Shown: positions 49,801 to 58,816, counted from the stretch's first letter. The stretch: 64,000 bases of DNA from an uncultured Rikenellaceae bacterium (GCA_964535035.1 CAZHRV010000118.1:943-64942), one strand, 5' to 3'. A program made the numbers and translations. The notes: generated by a model from the letters alone, not told the origin.

Positions 49801-51257
49801 TTCCGGTTAAACGGAATCCTCTTATAATCACAGGTGAATATATACTCAGAGCCTTAATGGGAATAAGATCTGCAAGTTTAACTGTTACCTCGTCACAGGG
49901 ACAGTACCTCCCGGGTTATATGCCCGGCACAAAATATCTCGGTATGTCTGATTACAACGATGTCACTGCACCGGGCTGGCCATTTATCCTCGGATACAGC
50001 GACAGAAGGTTTTTTGACAGAGCAGTTACCTATGGCTGGCTCTCAACAGATACCCTTCTCAATACCCCGGCAACATATAACAATAAGTTTGATATATCTG
50101 TACGAAGCATGATAGAACCGTTCCCCGGCATGAGGATCGATGTCAATGCCGACAGGAGATTTCTCGAAGGGGTAAGTTCTTATTATATAGCTGATGCTAA
50201 TGGCAATTTCCCCGACAGTACACGCAACAGGATCGTTAACGGAAATTTCTCAATATCAGTCATATCGTGGGGTACTGCATTTGAGAAAATATCAAAAAAG
50301 AATAATTATATTTCTCCCACTTTTGAAGCATTCAAGAAAAACCTGGTAATTATTTCTGAAAGACGGGCAAGGGAAAGATCTGAAGTCGATCCCGAATATA
50401 ATCCTGATATCAATCCAGTTACCGGAGAACCTATGGATGGCCCCTATAAAAGCGGATATGGACAAACTTCAAGGGAGGTAATGATACCTGCGTTTCTTGC
50501 TGCCTACACAAAATCAGATCCTGAAAAGGTGACTCTTGAAACTTTTCCCTCGGCGATGAGGATGATGCCTAACTGGAGAATAACATTTGACGGACTTTCA
50601 AAATTTGAATTTATACAGAGAGTATTCCGATCCATAAATCTCTCACATCAATACAGGAGCACATTCCAGATAGGAAGCTATACAACTAACCTGAACTATC
50701 TTGAGGATACATATGGAATAAGCTCAATAAGAGATCTTCAGAATAACTACATTCAGCAATACGAAATTAATGTTGTAACCATTAATGAACAGTTCAGTCC
50801 CTTAATAAATATTGACATGAACTGGAAAAATAGCCTGACGACCCGGTTTGAATGGAGAAAATCACGTACTGTATCGCTTAACCTTACAAGCAACCAGATT
50901 GCAGATGCCCGTACCAATGAGCTGGTTATTGGTGCCGGATACCGGTTTGATGAGGTACAGATAATACTTAAAACCGGTGGCGGACAGAAAGTGCTTAAAA
51001 GTGATCTGAACCTGCGGTTCGACCTTTCAATCCGTGATAATAAAACACTTGCAAGGAAACTGGTTGAGGATGTAAATCAGCCGGTTGCAGGAGTAAAGGT
51101 ATTTACGGTCGGACTTACTGCCGATTACATCCTGAGTGACAGGTTCAACCTTCAGATCTTTGCCGATCACACTATGAATAATCCTTTTGTGGCAAGTACC
51201 TTCCCTACTTCCAATACAAATTTCGGATTCAGCCTCAAGTTTACTCTTGTACAGTAA
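43827..51257 (+). CDS. sprA: T9SS translocon / gliding motility protein SprA
   Basis: This 2476-aa outer-membrane beta-barrel-type protein has a signal peptide. Its size and sequence character match my recollection of Bacteroidota SprA. It uses a non-ATG (TTG) start, and its C-terminus ends in F-x-L-x-F-T-L-V-Q beta-strand style. Confidence 0.85.
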   Translation: MGSRISHKHILVLLYPVLIASLLFASPEAFSQVSVQTGDTTRKSVLKLEDVSGIPWEQTKKAPLFLDNPSNITSTVIYDPDKNEYVIYKKVGSFDYRTPVHMSPEEYRKYEYTQAMRDYWQSRISGDESGFRSTLIPQIEIGGAAFDKIFGSNTINIIPQGSAELIFGINISRTQNPTLSEKLRTIPTFDFKEKIQMNVTGTIGDKMQLGVNYNTDALFDFENRTKLQYSGKEDEILKKVEAGDVTLPLTGTLITGSYSLFGLKTEMQFGKLTVTTVLSQQKGESSVVQVEGGAQLTDFEIFADEYEANRHFFLSHYFRDIYDEALKSLPIVSSGVNIERIEVWVTNKTSRFEEGSNRNIVAFMDLAENRNHIYNNITEFQETSGTPLYPDNDANRLYEQLNTVYTDVRDVDQVTNAFDPLYPGFQIGRDYEKIENARKLNEREYTLNKQLGYISLNTALNTDEVLAVAFEYTINGKVYKVGEFSTDGITAPQTLFLKLLKGTTLTPKLPTWNLMMKNIYSLGSGKLEKSDFELNVLYQDDETGNSINYLPEDKLEDQILLQMMGLDVLNSQLDRESDGYFDFVDNVTVIVDRGKIVFPVLEPFGSHLRKKINDSRLADKYVFQELYDSTQTIARQMAEKNKFVLEGQYSSQSGSEIQLNAINIPKGSVIVTAGGVTLTENVDYTVDYNMGTVSIINAALIESQTPIQVSLESNQFFGFQTKTLVGTHLDYRFADNFNVGGTILHLNERPYTQKVNYGEEPISNTIWGLNTSYKTESRMLTNIIDNIPLLDTKTPSSFSFFGEFAHLIPGHSKAISNAGNSYIDDFEASEIPLDLKSFNAWTIASIPQGQDFLFPEARFNDDPVTGYNRARLAWYVIDPIFLRNGTSTPDHIKDNPDTQSSHFVREIYENEIFPYRESTTGIPTNITVLNLAYYPDEKGPYNFDTDPGPYSDGMNSEGRLNDPQSRWGGIMREVLTSDFETANIQYIKFWLMDPFVENPDHEGGDLYINLGNISEDILKDSRKSFENGLPGSPDPVNVDTTSWGRVPTVQSVVNAFDNDPDSRLYQDVGFDGLRNQDEQTFFTDYLQKAETITTPEVYSKIFDDPSGDDFHYFRGSNYDYQELGIIERYKNYNGQENNSPTSEMSSEPYPTSGSTLPDMEDINRDNTLNETESYYQYRISIRPGDLVVGTNFIVDEIEYEATFANGDKSSVKWYQFKVPITDYQKVIGTISDFKSVRFMRMFLRGFNEPVIMRYADLDLVRAEWRKYNISFMEGGERITLPEATDGTFEISSVSIEENSGKEPVNYVLPPGFDRITDPSNPQLRQLNEQSMVIKVQNLEDGDARAAFRNVSLDIRQYRRLRMEVHAEALIGQPLMDGELTAFIRIGSDYKSNFYEYEIPLTLTPPGRYDNKSDASRAIVWPEKNSFNIDLSIFQDAKQARNRKLLEEGSSLSVSDVYVYLSEGHRISVSGNPNLSNVKVIMIGIRNPIRTRNPITDDGQPKWGEVWVNELRLNDFIENGGWAANAHLQARLADLGTVDVVGQTSTPGWGSIDKKVNERSKEQVMKYDLSSTIELGKFFPEEVGVRLPVYVGYSETRISPQYNPLDPDILLQDALRNAEDNAARDSIKSISEDFSRRKTITVSNAGISKRGEKPHAWDIANLSVNYTYNEIYRSNIKTEINLEKNYRGGLAYNYQAQPANVAPFKNMKFLNSPVFRLVKDFNFYVFPKSISFRTDLIRYYNEVKTRNINNPYLRITPTYRKDFEWSRIYDFKYDITRQLKIDFTATNLARIDEPEGGVDKERYGNRYDLWRDSVMTNLKNFGRTTTYNHFINATYTIPVNKLPLLSWVNANARFGADYTWLAGPLYPDTMNINIGNSIKNHNELTFTTMANLATLYGKSRFLKNIENNTRPDAAQRRKPEYRTVTYTRNNVNFRPNAVRGIVHSLGTTDIKVKVVSNTGEEVKGNVDIVNSSRINFTTSEQIDGANVTIEGRVPVKRNPLIITGEYILRALMGIRSASLTVTSSQGQYLPGYMPGTKYLGMSDYNDVTAPGWPFILGYSDRRFFDRAVTYGWLSTDTLLNTPATYNNKFDISVRSMIEPFPGMRIDVNADRRFLEGVSSYYIADANGNFPDSTRNRIVNGNFSISVISWGTAFEKISKKNNYISPTFEAFKKNLVIISERRARERSEVDPEYNPDINPVTGEPMDGPYKSGYGQTSREVMIPAFLAAYTKSDPEKVTLETFPSAMRMMPNWRITFDGLSKFEFIQRVFRSINLSHQYRSTFQIGSYTTNLNYLEDTYGISSIRDLQNNYIQQYEINVVTINEQFSPLINIDMNWKNSLTTRFEWRKSRTVSLNLTSNQIADARTNELVIGAGYRFDEVQIILKTGGGQKVLKSDLNLRFDLSIRDNKTLARKLVEDVNQPVAGVKVFTVGLTADYILSDRFNLQIFADHTMNNPFVASTFPTSNTNFGFSLKFTLVQ

Positions 51258-51455
51258 AAAATTTCATTCCAGACCATTTTTTATATTTTGTCTGAAAACG
51301 TTTGAAACAAAATCGTCCTGATTTATTAGACTAAAGATCAATGAATCAGCATGAAAATAAATGACATATGCAGTTTTTTGTAATGATCATTTTCATTTTT
51401 TTAAATAGGATTCATTCAATTTTAATATCTATTTTTTAAAACGCATTGTTATAAA

Positions 51456-51665
51456 ATGAAAAAAACAAAACCGCATTTGACCTTCTGACAGATATGGAAT
51501 ATGAGCTTTGGATTTTTAGGTATCCAGTTTGGTTTTGCTCTTCAGAATGCAAATGTCAGCAGGATCTTTGAGACCCTGGGTGCAAAGGTTGATAATATCC
51601 CCATACTCTGGTTACTTTACTGGAGAAAAAGTGACATTGCCATTAAGTGTAAAACATACACTTAA
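51456..51665 (+). pseudogene. Decayed N-terminal remnant of an SLC45-like MFS sugar transporter
   Basis: It reads MKKTKPHLTF-TGA-QIWNMSFGFLGIQFGFALQNANVSRIFETLGAKVDNIPILW, then unrelated residues and a stop. As I recall, the family N-terminus is ..LSFWQIWNMSFGFLGIQFG... An in-frame TGA sits where Trp is expected, and everything after TM1 is missing. Confidence 0.65.
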
Positions 51666-51808
51666 TCCATGGGAATATAAGGTTTTTATACAATGAACAA
51701 ATCTATTCCCTCCCTGATAACAAGTCTGCCGGGATTTGAAAAGATCTTTAATTTTAGTATTATTGCAAATCGTGATTTGTAATTAATAAATATTAAAAAC
51801 TTAATATC

Positions 51809-52183
51809 ATGAATATACCGGCAGATCTTTTGTACACCAGGGACCATGAATGGCTTCGTATAGAAGGAGATATGGGTTATATTGGAATAACCGACTTTGC
51901 CCAGGGCGAATTGGGGGATATTGTCTTCATTGAAATAGAGACCCAGGGAGAAACCCTTCATAAAGAGGAGGTCTTCGGGACCATTGAAGCAGTAAAAACA
52001 GTATCAGATATGTTTATGCCGGTAGGAGGAGAGATACTTGAAGTTAATCCTGCTCTTGAGGAATCACCTGAGCTTGTGAACAAGGATCCCTATGGAAATG
52101 GCTGGATGGTAAAGATAAAGATTACAGATCCGTCGGAGACCGGTGATCTCCTTTCAGCAGAAAAATATAAGGGGCTTTTATAG
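51809..52183 (+). CDS. gcvH: Glycine cleavage system protein H
   Basis: YTRDHEW and the lipoyl-lysine motif EAVKTVSD are present. The protein is 124 aa. Confidence 0.95.
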   Translation: MNIPADLLYTRDHEWLRIEGDMGYIGITDFAQGELGDIVFIEIETQGETLHKEEVFGTIEAVKTVSDMFMPVGGEILEVNPALEESPELVNKDPYGNGWMVKIKITDPSETGDLLSAEKYKGLL

Positions 52184-55054
52184 AGTTTTCTTAACCTCGG
52201 TCTCCTGGTAGCCTTCAATGATGTCACCTGTCTTTATGTCATTGAAATTCTGAATGTTCAGTCCGCATTCATAGCCGCCCACAACCTCTTTGACATCATC
52301 CTTGAAGCGCTTGAGCGATCCAAGTTCTCCGGTATAAATAACAATACCATCACGAATAATACGAACACGGGTATTCCTTGTTATCTTCCCCTCTTTAACA
52401 TAGCATCCCGCAACTGTGCCGACCTTTGTAACTTTAAAGATATCCCTGATCTCAAGAGTTGCAACGATCTCCTCTTTAACCTCGGGGGATAACATACCTT
52501 CCATAGCTGATTTTATCTCCTCTATGGCGTTGTAAATAATGGAATAGAGACGGATATCAATCTCCTCCTTCTCGGCAAGTTTACGGGCTGCAAGAGAAGG
52601 ACGTACCTGGAATCCAACTATAATCGCATTGGATGCGGCAGCAAGCAGTACATCAGATTCCGATATCTGGCCTACAGCCTTATGTATGATATTCAGCTGT
52701 ATCTCGGGAGTTGATAGTTTTATCAGAGAATCACCCAGGGCCTCAACAGATCCGTCGACATCTCCCTTCACTATGATATTAAGTTCCTGGAAATTACCAA
52801 TAGCGATTCTCCTTCCGATCTCATCAAGGGTTATGTGCTTCTGGGTACGAAGACCCTGTTCTCTCTGCAACTGAGCTCTCTTGTTGGCTATGTCTTTGGC
52901 TTCCCTGTCACTCTCCATTACATTGAACTTGTCACCTGCCTGGGGGGCTCCGTTCAGACCGAGGATCAGAGCCGGTGTAGCCGGACCTACCTCAGTAATT
53001 TTGTGGCCTCTTTCATTATACATGGCCTTCACATGTCCGACACAACTTCCGGCAAGCAGTATATCACCAACCCTGAGTGTCCCGGCTTTCACAAGGACAG
53101 TTACAGTAAATCCTCTTCCCTTATCGAGGGATGATTCAATTACTGTACCTAATGCAGACTTATCGGGATTGGCTTTTAATTCCAGCATTTCAGCTTCAAG
53201 CAGGACTTTATCAAGAAGAAGTTCTATATTAAGTCCGTTTTTGGCCGATATTTCCTGCGACTGAAACTTCCCTCCCCAGTCTTCAACCAGGTAATTCATA
53301 TTGGCAAGTGCCTCCTTAATTTTATCGGAATTTGCGGTAGGTTTGTCAATTTTGTTAATAGCAAATACAATAGGCACTCCTGCTGCTGAAGCATGATTTA
53401 TTGCCTCTACTGTCTGGGGCATAACGCCGTCATCAGCTGCGACGACGATTATAGCAATGTCAGTTATCTGTGCTCCACGGGCTCTCATTGCAGTAAAAGC
53501 TTCATGACCCGGTGTGTCAAGAAAGGTGATTTGCCTTCCGTCATCAAGTGTCACACCATATGCTCCTATATGCTGTGTAATACCTCCGGCTTCACCGGCA
53601 ATCACATTAGTCCTGCGTATATAGTCGAGAAGTTTTGTTTTTCCATGATCGACATGTCCCATTACAGTAACAATGGGTGGACGGGACTTTAGGTCTTCAT
53701 CTTCATCATCAACTTCACGAACCGCCTCCTGGAGTTCAGCGCTGACAAACTCTACCTTAAAACCGAATTCATCGGCCAGAAGGGCCATAGTCTCTGCATC
53801 AAGCCTCTGATTGATCGAAACAAAAAGACCAAGATTCATACATGTGGAAATAATTTCGGTAACGGGAATGTCCATCATTATAGACAGCTCATTCACCGAG
53901 ACGAATTCAGTAACCTTCAGAATATTTTTCTGTTGTTCAATCCGGTCTTCATCCTCGCGATGTTTCTGACTTATTGCTTCTCTTTTCTCTCTCCTGTATC
54001 TTGAACCCTTTGATTTACCTTTTGTTGTGAGCCTTGCAAGAGTCTCTTTTATCTGCTTCTGAACCTCTTCTTCATCAACTTCAACCCTTACGGGTCTTTT
54101 CTTTATAACTTTCTTGCCGCCCTTTTCCTTCTTTTCACCCAGGTCTGGCTTCACAGCCGAAACCTGATCTTTATCCTTGGTTATCCTTTTCCTTTTCTTC
54201 TTCCTTCTGGAATCCGGGCTGCCATCTTGTTTTCCCTGCTGGTGAGGACCAGATTTTCTTCTTTCTTCGGCAGGAAGATTTATCTTTCCTATAACCGTGG
54301 GTCCCGATAATTTTGCAATACCTGTTCTGAAAACTTCAACTACCTCTTCTTCCTCAACAGGATAAACTTCCTCATCAATTATCTCTCCTGATTGTAAGCC
54401 GTCGTCACCTTTTGATTCCGTAACAGGCTCTGCAGCTTTCTCTTCCGGTTTCTTGCCTGCATCCTCCTCTGGTCCCCAGACTTTATCTTTACTTTTCTCT
54501 TTACTGGCAGCGGCAGCCTCTTTTTTCAATGTATCATCTTCCTCTTCCGGCGGGACTTTTGTATCAGGTTTTGTTTTTTGCTTTTCAGCTTTCCCCGGCT
54601 CAGTGGGTTTTGATGGTTTCTGTGGTTCCTCTTTAACAGTCTCTTTTTTCACTGTTTTATCAAGATCAATCTTACCAACAAGCTTTATATCCGGCTTCTT
54701 GATATCAGTCTTAATATCAACACCTTTCTGCAGTCCTGTGGCATCTTTGACAATTATCTCCTCATCACTGTTACCTTCTTCAGGCTGTGGCTTTTCAGGA
54801 ACATCTTCAATTGACAGAGTCTCTTTTTTCCTGTGAAGATCCTTGAGAATAAGCTTTTCAGATTCTTTCTTCACGCTTATATCCGAGCTGTACTCTTTCA
54901 CAAGCAGAAGATAAGCTTCGTGGGGAATTTTTGTGTTGGGATTTGGTTCAAGATCAAATCCTTTCTTATGTAAGAAATCTATTATTGTGGAGATCCCTAC
55001 ATTGAACTCCCTGGCCGCTTTACTTAACCGTGTTGCCTTTATATCCTCTGTCAT
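52178..55054 (-). CDS. infB: Translation initiation factor IF-2
   Basis: It has the GTPase motifs [13 protein letters not shown] and NKID, a long Lys/Glu/Pro-rich N-terminal region, and sits downstream of nusA. Confidence 0.95.
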   Translation of the reverse strand: MTEDIKATRLSKAAREFNVGISTIIDFLHKKGFDLEPNPNTKIPHEAYLLLVKEYSSDISVKKESEKLILKDLHRKKETLSIEDVPEKPQPEEGNSDEEIIVKDATGLQKGVDIKTDIKKPDIKLVGKIDLDKTVKKETVKEEPQKPSKPTEPGKAEKQKTKPDTKVPPEEEDDTLKKEAAAASKEKSKDKVWGPEEDAGKKPEEKAAEPVTESKGDDGLQSGEIIDEEVYPVEEEEVVEVFRTGIAKLSGPTVIGKINLPAEERRKSGPHQQGKQDGSPDSRRKKKRKRITKDKDQVSAVKPDLGEKKEKGGKKVIKKRPVRVEVDEEEVQKQIKETLARLTTKGKSKGSRYRREKREAISQKHREDEDRIEQQKNILKVTEFVSVNELSIMMDIPVTEIISTCMNLGLFVSINQRLDAETMALLADEFGFKVEFVSAELQEAVREVDDEDEDLKSRPPIVTVMGHVDHGKTKLLDYIRRTNVIAGEAGGITQHIGAYGVTLDDGRQITFLDTPGHEAFTAMRARGAQITDIAIIVVAADDGVMPQTVEAINHASAAGVPIVFAINKIDKPTANSDKIKEALANMNYLVEDWGGKFQSQEISAKNGLNIELLLDKVLLEAEMLELKANPDKSALGTVIESSLDKGRGFTVTVLVKAGTLRVGDILLAGSCVGHVKAMYNERGHKITEVGPATPALILGLNGAPQAGDKFNVMESDREAKDIANKRAQLQREQGLRTQKHITLDEIGRRIAIGNFQELNIIVKGDVDGSVEALGDSLIKLSTPEIQLNIIHKAVGQISESDVLLAAASNAIIVGFQVRPSLAARKLAEKEEIDIRLYSIIYNAIEEIKSAMEGMLSPEVKEEIVATLEIRDIFKVTKVGTVAGCYVKEGKITRNTRVRIIRDGIVIYTGELGSLKRFKDDVKEVVGGYECGLNIQNFNDIKTGDIIEGYQETEVKKTL

Positions 55055-55112
55055 AAATATGCCTTGCCTTTTATATTAAATATAGAATCAACCAGTATAA
55101 AAATCAAGGTTG

Positions 55113-56351
55113 TTATTCAAATTCTGCTTTCAATATGTTTACGACTTCCCTTATGGTTTCCTCTTCAAGATCAGTTCTCTTTACCAGGTCACTGATTGAA
55201 AGATTGAGAACGCTTCTGGCAGTATCACAGCCTATAGCCTTAAGCTCATCGATGATCCATTCTTCAATTTCATCGCTGAATTCTTCAAGGTTGACGTCTT
55301 CCTCATCTTCACCACCCGGCTCCCTGTATACATCAATCTCATAGCCTGTAAGCTGGCTTGCAAGCTTAATATTGAGGCCGCCCTTACCGATTGCAAGGGA
55401 CACCTCGCTTGGTTTAAGATATATCTCGGCACTTTTTGTTTCTTCAATCAGCTTGATGGATGTTATCTTTGCCGGACTGAGAGCTCTCTGGATAAAGAGT
55501 TGATTATTTGATGTAAAATTGATAACATCAATATTCTCATTTCGAAGCTCCCTGACGATACCATGTATCCTGGATCCCTTCATTCCGACACATGCACCTA
55601 CCGGGTCAATTCTTTCATCGTATGACTCTACAGCTACTTTTGCCCTTTCCCCCGGGACCCTGACAATCTTTTTTATGGTAATCAGCCCGTCGAAGATCTC
55701 AGGAACTTCAAGTTCGAACAGCCTTTCAAGGAATACGGGTGAAGTACGGCTGAGAATAATAAACGGGGTATTGTTTCTCATTTCAACCTTTATAACCACA
55801 GCCCTTATTGTATCCCCTTTTCTGAAATGATCGGAAGGTATCTGTTCGCTTTTCGGAAGGATGAGCTCATTGCCGTCATCGTCAAGAACCAGTATTTCTC
55901 TTTTCCATACCTGGTAAACTTCACCGGTAACAATCTCACCTATCCTGTCTTTGTATTTCATGTAGATATTGTTCTTCTCAAGATCGAGAATACGTGCAGT
56001 CAGGTTCTGCCTGAGCGATAAAATAGCCCTTCTGCCGAAATCAAGGAACTTAACCTCATCAGATACCTCTTCGCCGACTTCATAATCATCATCAATCTTT
56101 TTGGCTTCCGACAATGGTATCTGGGTTATCGGATCAGTAAGCTCATCATCGTCCACTACTACCCTGTTCCTCCATATCTCAAAGTCACCCTTATCGATAT
56201 TGACAATAATATCGAAATTATCCGCTGAGCCGTACTTTTTGGCAAGCATGCCCCTGAATACATCTTCAAGAACGCTCATCATAGTAGGCCGGTCAATATT
56301 CTTGAGCTCCTTAAATTCCGAAAAGGTGTCTGTCAAATTAACATTTTCCAT
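55113..56351 (-). CDS. nusA: Transcription termination/antitermination factor NusA
   Basis: It shows the S1 and two KH domain patterns (..GEIVTGEV.., ..DPVGACVGMKGSRI.., ..AIGKGGLNIKLA..) and has the rimP-nusA-infB gene order. Confidence 0.95.
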   Translation of the reverse strand: MENVNLTDTFSEFKELKNIDRPTMMSVLEDVFRGMLAKKYGSADNFDIIVNIDKGDFEIWRNRVVVDDDELTDPITQIPLSEAKKIDDDYEVGEEVSDEVKFLDFGRRAILSLRQNLTARILDLEKNNIYMKYKDRIGEIVTGEVYQVWKREILVLDDDGNELILPKSEQIPSDHFRKGDTIRAVVIKVEMRNNTPFIILSRTSPVFLERLFELEVPEIFDGLITIKKIVRVPGERAKVAVESYDERIDPVGACVGMKGSRIHGIVRELRNENIDVINFTSNNQLFIQRALSPAKITSIKLIEETKSAEIYLKPSEVSLAIGKGGLNIKLASQLTGYEIDVYREPGGEDEEDVNLEEFSDEIEEWIIDELKAIGCDTARSVLNLSISDLVKRTDLEEETIREVVNILKAEFE

Positions 56352-56371
56352 CTGGTATTAACCTCTTATAG

Positions 56372-56824
56372 TTATTTAATTGATAATAATTCCTTCGTTG
56401 ATTTTATCTGGTCAAAGTTGAAAGAGATATCCTTCATTTCCTTCACCTTACCCTTGATTTTTACCTCCGTTTCGAGTTCAAAACCGCCATTGGTTACATT
56501 TTTCAGACTTCCGGTAAAGCGTGAGCCTTCATTGTTAACCACCTCAACCTGTTTCCCTTCATTCTTATAGTATTGTTCAATAATCCCGAATGGCATATCT
56601 ATCCCCGGTGATGAGATCTGCAGCTCATAATCTTCCGTGTTACGGTTGAGATTCTTTTCGATATGACGGTGAAGTGCCACACATTCGTCAATATTTATCC
56701 CCTTCATTGTATCAACAAATACCATGATCCTGTTCGCACTGCTTACTCTTACAGCCACAAGGAAAATATCTGTTCCTTTAATGAACTCATTTACAAGCTT
56801 TTCTATTTTACTTATTTCAATCAT
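56372..56824 (-). CDS. rimP: Ribosome maturation factor RimP
   Basis: A ~150-aa protein immediately upstream of nusA. I prefer the ATG at 56824 (MIEISKIEKLVNEF..) because the ORF-track TTG start at 56842 would overlap the T-tract that follows the leader hairpin. Confidence 0.8.
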   Translation of the reverse strand: MIEISKIEKLVNEFIKGTDIFLVAVRVSSANRIMVFVDTMKGINIDECVALHRHIEKNLNRNTEDYELQISSPGIDMPFGIIEQYYKNEGKQVEVVNNEGSRFTGSLKNVTNGGFELETEVKIKGKVKEMKDISFNFDQIKSTKELLSIK

Positions 56825-56837
56825 CGTAAATTCAGAT

Positions 56838-56864
56838 AACAAAATAGGGGACTCTGGTCCCCTA
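56838..56864 (-). terminator. Terminator-like hairpin in the rimP-nusA-infB leader (candidate attenuator)
   Basis: The minus strand reads TAGGGGAC-CAGA-GTCCCCTA (perfect 8-bp stem, 56864-56845) followed by TTTTGTTAT. It ends ~14 nt before the ATG at 56824. Confidence 0.5.
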
Positions 56865-56890
56865 GGCTCAATTACCCCTCAAATCGGTGT

Positions 56891-56898
56891 CAAAGGTA
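56891..56898 (-). promoter_or_regulatory. -7 box TACCTTTG (minus strand) for the rimP-nusA-infB operon
   Basis: The plus strand reads CAAAGGTA. It lies upstream of the leader hairpin. Confidence 0.4.
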
Positions 56899-57048
56899 AG
56901 TAATGTTTTGGAATATGCAAACTTTGAGATTAATAATAAATTCTCTATGTGGACTTTGTGCTTAACTTTGCCATCTTTGCAGTTATAAGAAAAGTCGAAG
57001 AAGTTGAAGGCCCTCCTTCGCTATCCTTCGACAAGCTCAGGATTTGCT

Positions 57049-57092
57049 TCGGACTTCGTCCGACGCAGCGGACTATGTCCGACGAAGTCGGA
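57049..57092 (+). repeat. Tandem 19-nt hairpin-forming repeat in the leader of the PflX-like gene
   Basis: CGGACTTCGTCCGACGCAG (57050-57068) and CGGACTATGTCCGACGAAG (57069-57087) match at 16/19 positions. The perfect small hairpins are TCGGAC-TTC-GTCCGA (57049-57063), CGGAC-TAT-GTCCG (57069-57081) and TCCGAC-GAA-GTCGGA (57078-57092). Confidence 0.75.
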
Positions 57093-57127
57093 GGGTAACA
57101 GTTGAAGGGAGTTGGAGGAAGTTGAAG

Positions 57128-58069
57128 ATGACAGAAAAGATCTATAATAATAAGGAGCAGGAACTTCTTTCTAACTGCACATTATGTCCGCGCGAATGCG
57201 GAGTCAACAGGTTTGAGGGAGGCAGCGGCTATTGCGGCATGGATGCAGGTATGAATATAGCTTCAATCTGCATTCACAGGGGAGAGGAACCTCCGATAAG
57301 CGGTCCGGGAGGGATTTGCAATATCTTCTTCGCTGGCTGCAATCTGCGCTGCATCTATTGCCAGAATTATGATATAAGCCGGCCGGATGAAACATGCCGG
57401 CGAAGTAAAACGACACTGAAGGAAACACTTGACATTATAGAGAGAATTCTATCAGATGACATTACGACAGTGGGATTTGTTTCCCCCTCACATGTTGTTT
57501 CCCAGGTCAAATCTATTATTCGGGGCCTGAATGAAAGGGGATTGCAGCCTGTAACTGTCTATAATACAAACAGCTATGACAAACCGGAAGTGATAGATGC
57601 TCTTGATGGAATGATCGATGTTTATCTTCCTGATTACAAATATGTGACATCAGGCATTGCAGAAGAATATTCTGATGCACCTGGCTATCCTGAGGTTGCT
57701 CTGAAAGCGCTCAGGAGAATGTATTACCAGAAAGGATCGACACTTACCTGTGATGAAGAGGGCAGGGCAGAGCAAGGAATACTGATACGTCACCTTGTTC
57801 TTCCCGGTCATGCGGATGAAAGTAGAAAAGTTCTTCGGAACATTGCGGAAGAACTTTCACCCGGAATGCATCTCTCACTCATGTCGCAATATCACCCGGT
57901 ACCCTTTGTTAAGGGCCATCCTAAGCTGAATCGAACATTATATAAAGCTGAGTATGAGTCGGTTGCAGAAGCCATGGAAAGCTTTGGTTTCCGGAACGGC
58001 TGGGTGCAGGATATGGACAGTTACAAAAATTACAAGCCCGATTTCAGTAAGGAACAACCGTTTGAGTAA
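57128..58069 (+). CDS. Radical SAM protein, PflX-type (pyruvate formate-lyase activase homologue, COG1313-like)
   Basis: It has CPRECGVNR...GYCG and the radical SAM cluster FAGCNLRCIYCQNYDIS. I prefer the ATG at 57128 (MTEKIYNN..) because the ORF-track extension from 57044 covers the repeat region. Confidence 0.75.
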   Translation: MTEKIYNNKEQELLSNCTLCPRECGVNRFEGGSGYCGMDAGMNIASICIHRGEEPPISGPGGICNIFFAGCNLRCIYCQNYDISRPDETCRRSKTTLKETLDIIERILSDDITTVGFVSPSHVVSQVKSIIRGLNERGLQPVTVYNTNSYDKPEVIDALDGMIDVYLPDYKYVTSGIAEEYSDAPGYPEVALKALRRMYYQKGSTLTCDEEGRAEQGILIRHLVLPGHADESRKVLRNIAEELSPGMHLSLMSQYHPVPFVKGHPKLNRTLYKAEYESVAEAMESFGFRNGWVQDMDSYKNYKPDFSKEQPFE

Positions 58070-58099
58070 TATCTGGAAGAATGACAGGAAGCAATTTTA

Positions 58100-58816
58100 T
58101 TACATGAATTTCTCCCTCTTCTGCAAATTATACAGTGCTGTCAACAGGAACAAAATCGTCCCAGTTATCAGGATTATCCTGTTTTTCATTGTGATGATTG
58201 CCCATGTAGTTTCACTTACGCCGTAGGCCGGATCGAAGGGATTGAGAAAGACATTCCACTGGCTTTTACGTAGAGGATCCGACAGTATCAGAAAGAAAAG
58301 GCCGAAGATTATCATTGCCACTGCTGTGCCATTTCCGTTTCGGATTACAGTAGATAACATGAAGGACATCATCCCCAGGAAAAGAACAGGCATCATCACT
58401 TGCGTTGTCATTCTCACAATATTGAATTTAACTATCAATACTGAAGAGAGGAATGTGAAAACAAACATTATCAGGTATGCAATCACAAATATCAGGATAA
58501 TCCTCACAAGCCATACTTTATACCTGTAATTCGGGATGCCGAACAGTATTTCGATCGTCCTTGCATCCTGATCATTCTGGACACCAAAAACAGCCGGGTA
58601 AAAGACCAATAATATTCCTGAGAATAAAAATACTCCATACAGGTCCTCCATCCGTGATATATCATTTGAGAATACATAAATGACCGAAAGACCAAGGTAA
58701 AAGACTACCGAACCGGCAAGGAACCAGATGAATTTATTGGCGAAAATGATTTTCAGATTGTAGATTATCATTTTCCAGACCAGGGTAAATGAATTATATA
58801 ATGTGTTGGTTTTCAT
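58100..58816 (-). CDS. ABC-2-type integral membrane permease (six predicted TM segments)
   Basis: The 238-aa hydrophobic protein overlaps the 3' end of the upstream NBD-containing ORF by 23 nt. An alternative start is Met16. Confidence 0.6.
   Translation of the reverse strand: MKTNTLYNSFTLVWKMIIYNLKIIFANKFIWFLAGSVVFYLGLSVIYVFSNDISRMEDLYGVFLFSGILLVFYPAVFGVQNDQDARTIEILFGIPNYRYKVWLVRIILIFVIAYLIMFVFTFLSSVLIVKFNIVRMTTQVMMPVLFLGMMSFMLSTVIRNGNGTAVAMIIFGLFFLILSDPLRKSQWNVFLNPFDPAYGVSETTWAIITMKNRIILITGTILFLLTALYNLQKREKFM

Noticed and set aside
51486-51488. The possibility that the in-frame TGA in the MFS remnant is read as Trp (an alternative genetic code)
   Set aside because: TGA terminates several well-delimited genes in this window (fumarase at 1584-1586, the saccharopine-dehydrogenase-like gene at 9449-9451 and pepA at 42116-42118). 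The remnant also lacks more than 85 percent of the gene, so pseudogenisation is the simpler reading.
52178-52183. Convergent gcvH and infB overlap by 6 nt (TTATAG holds both stop codons) with no terminator between them
   Set aside because: This is real in the sequence, but tail-to-tail overlaps of a few bases are common in compact genomes. It is noted only as a curiosity.
57111-57127. GGAGGAAGTTGAAG just upstream of ATG 57128, considered as a functional Shine-Dalgarno site
   Set aside because: Other genes in the window lack SD-like sequences, as expected for Bacteroidota, and this one is part of a repeated GAAGTTGAAG motif. I therefore do not call it a ribosome-binding site; it is mentioned within the leader finding.
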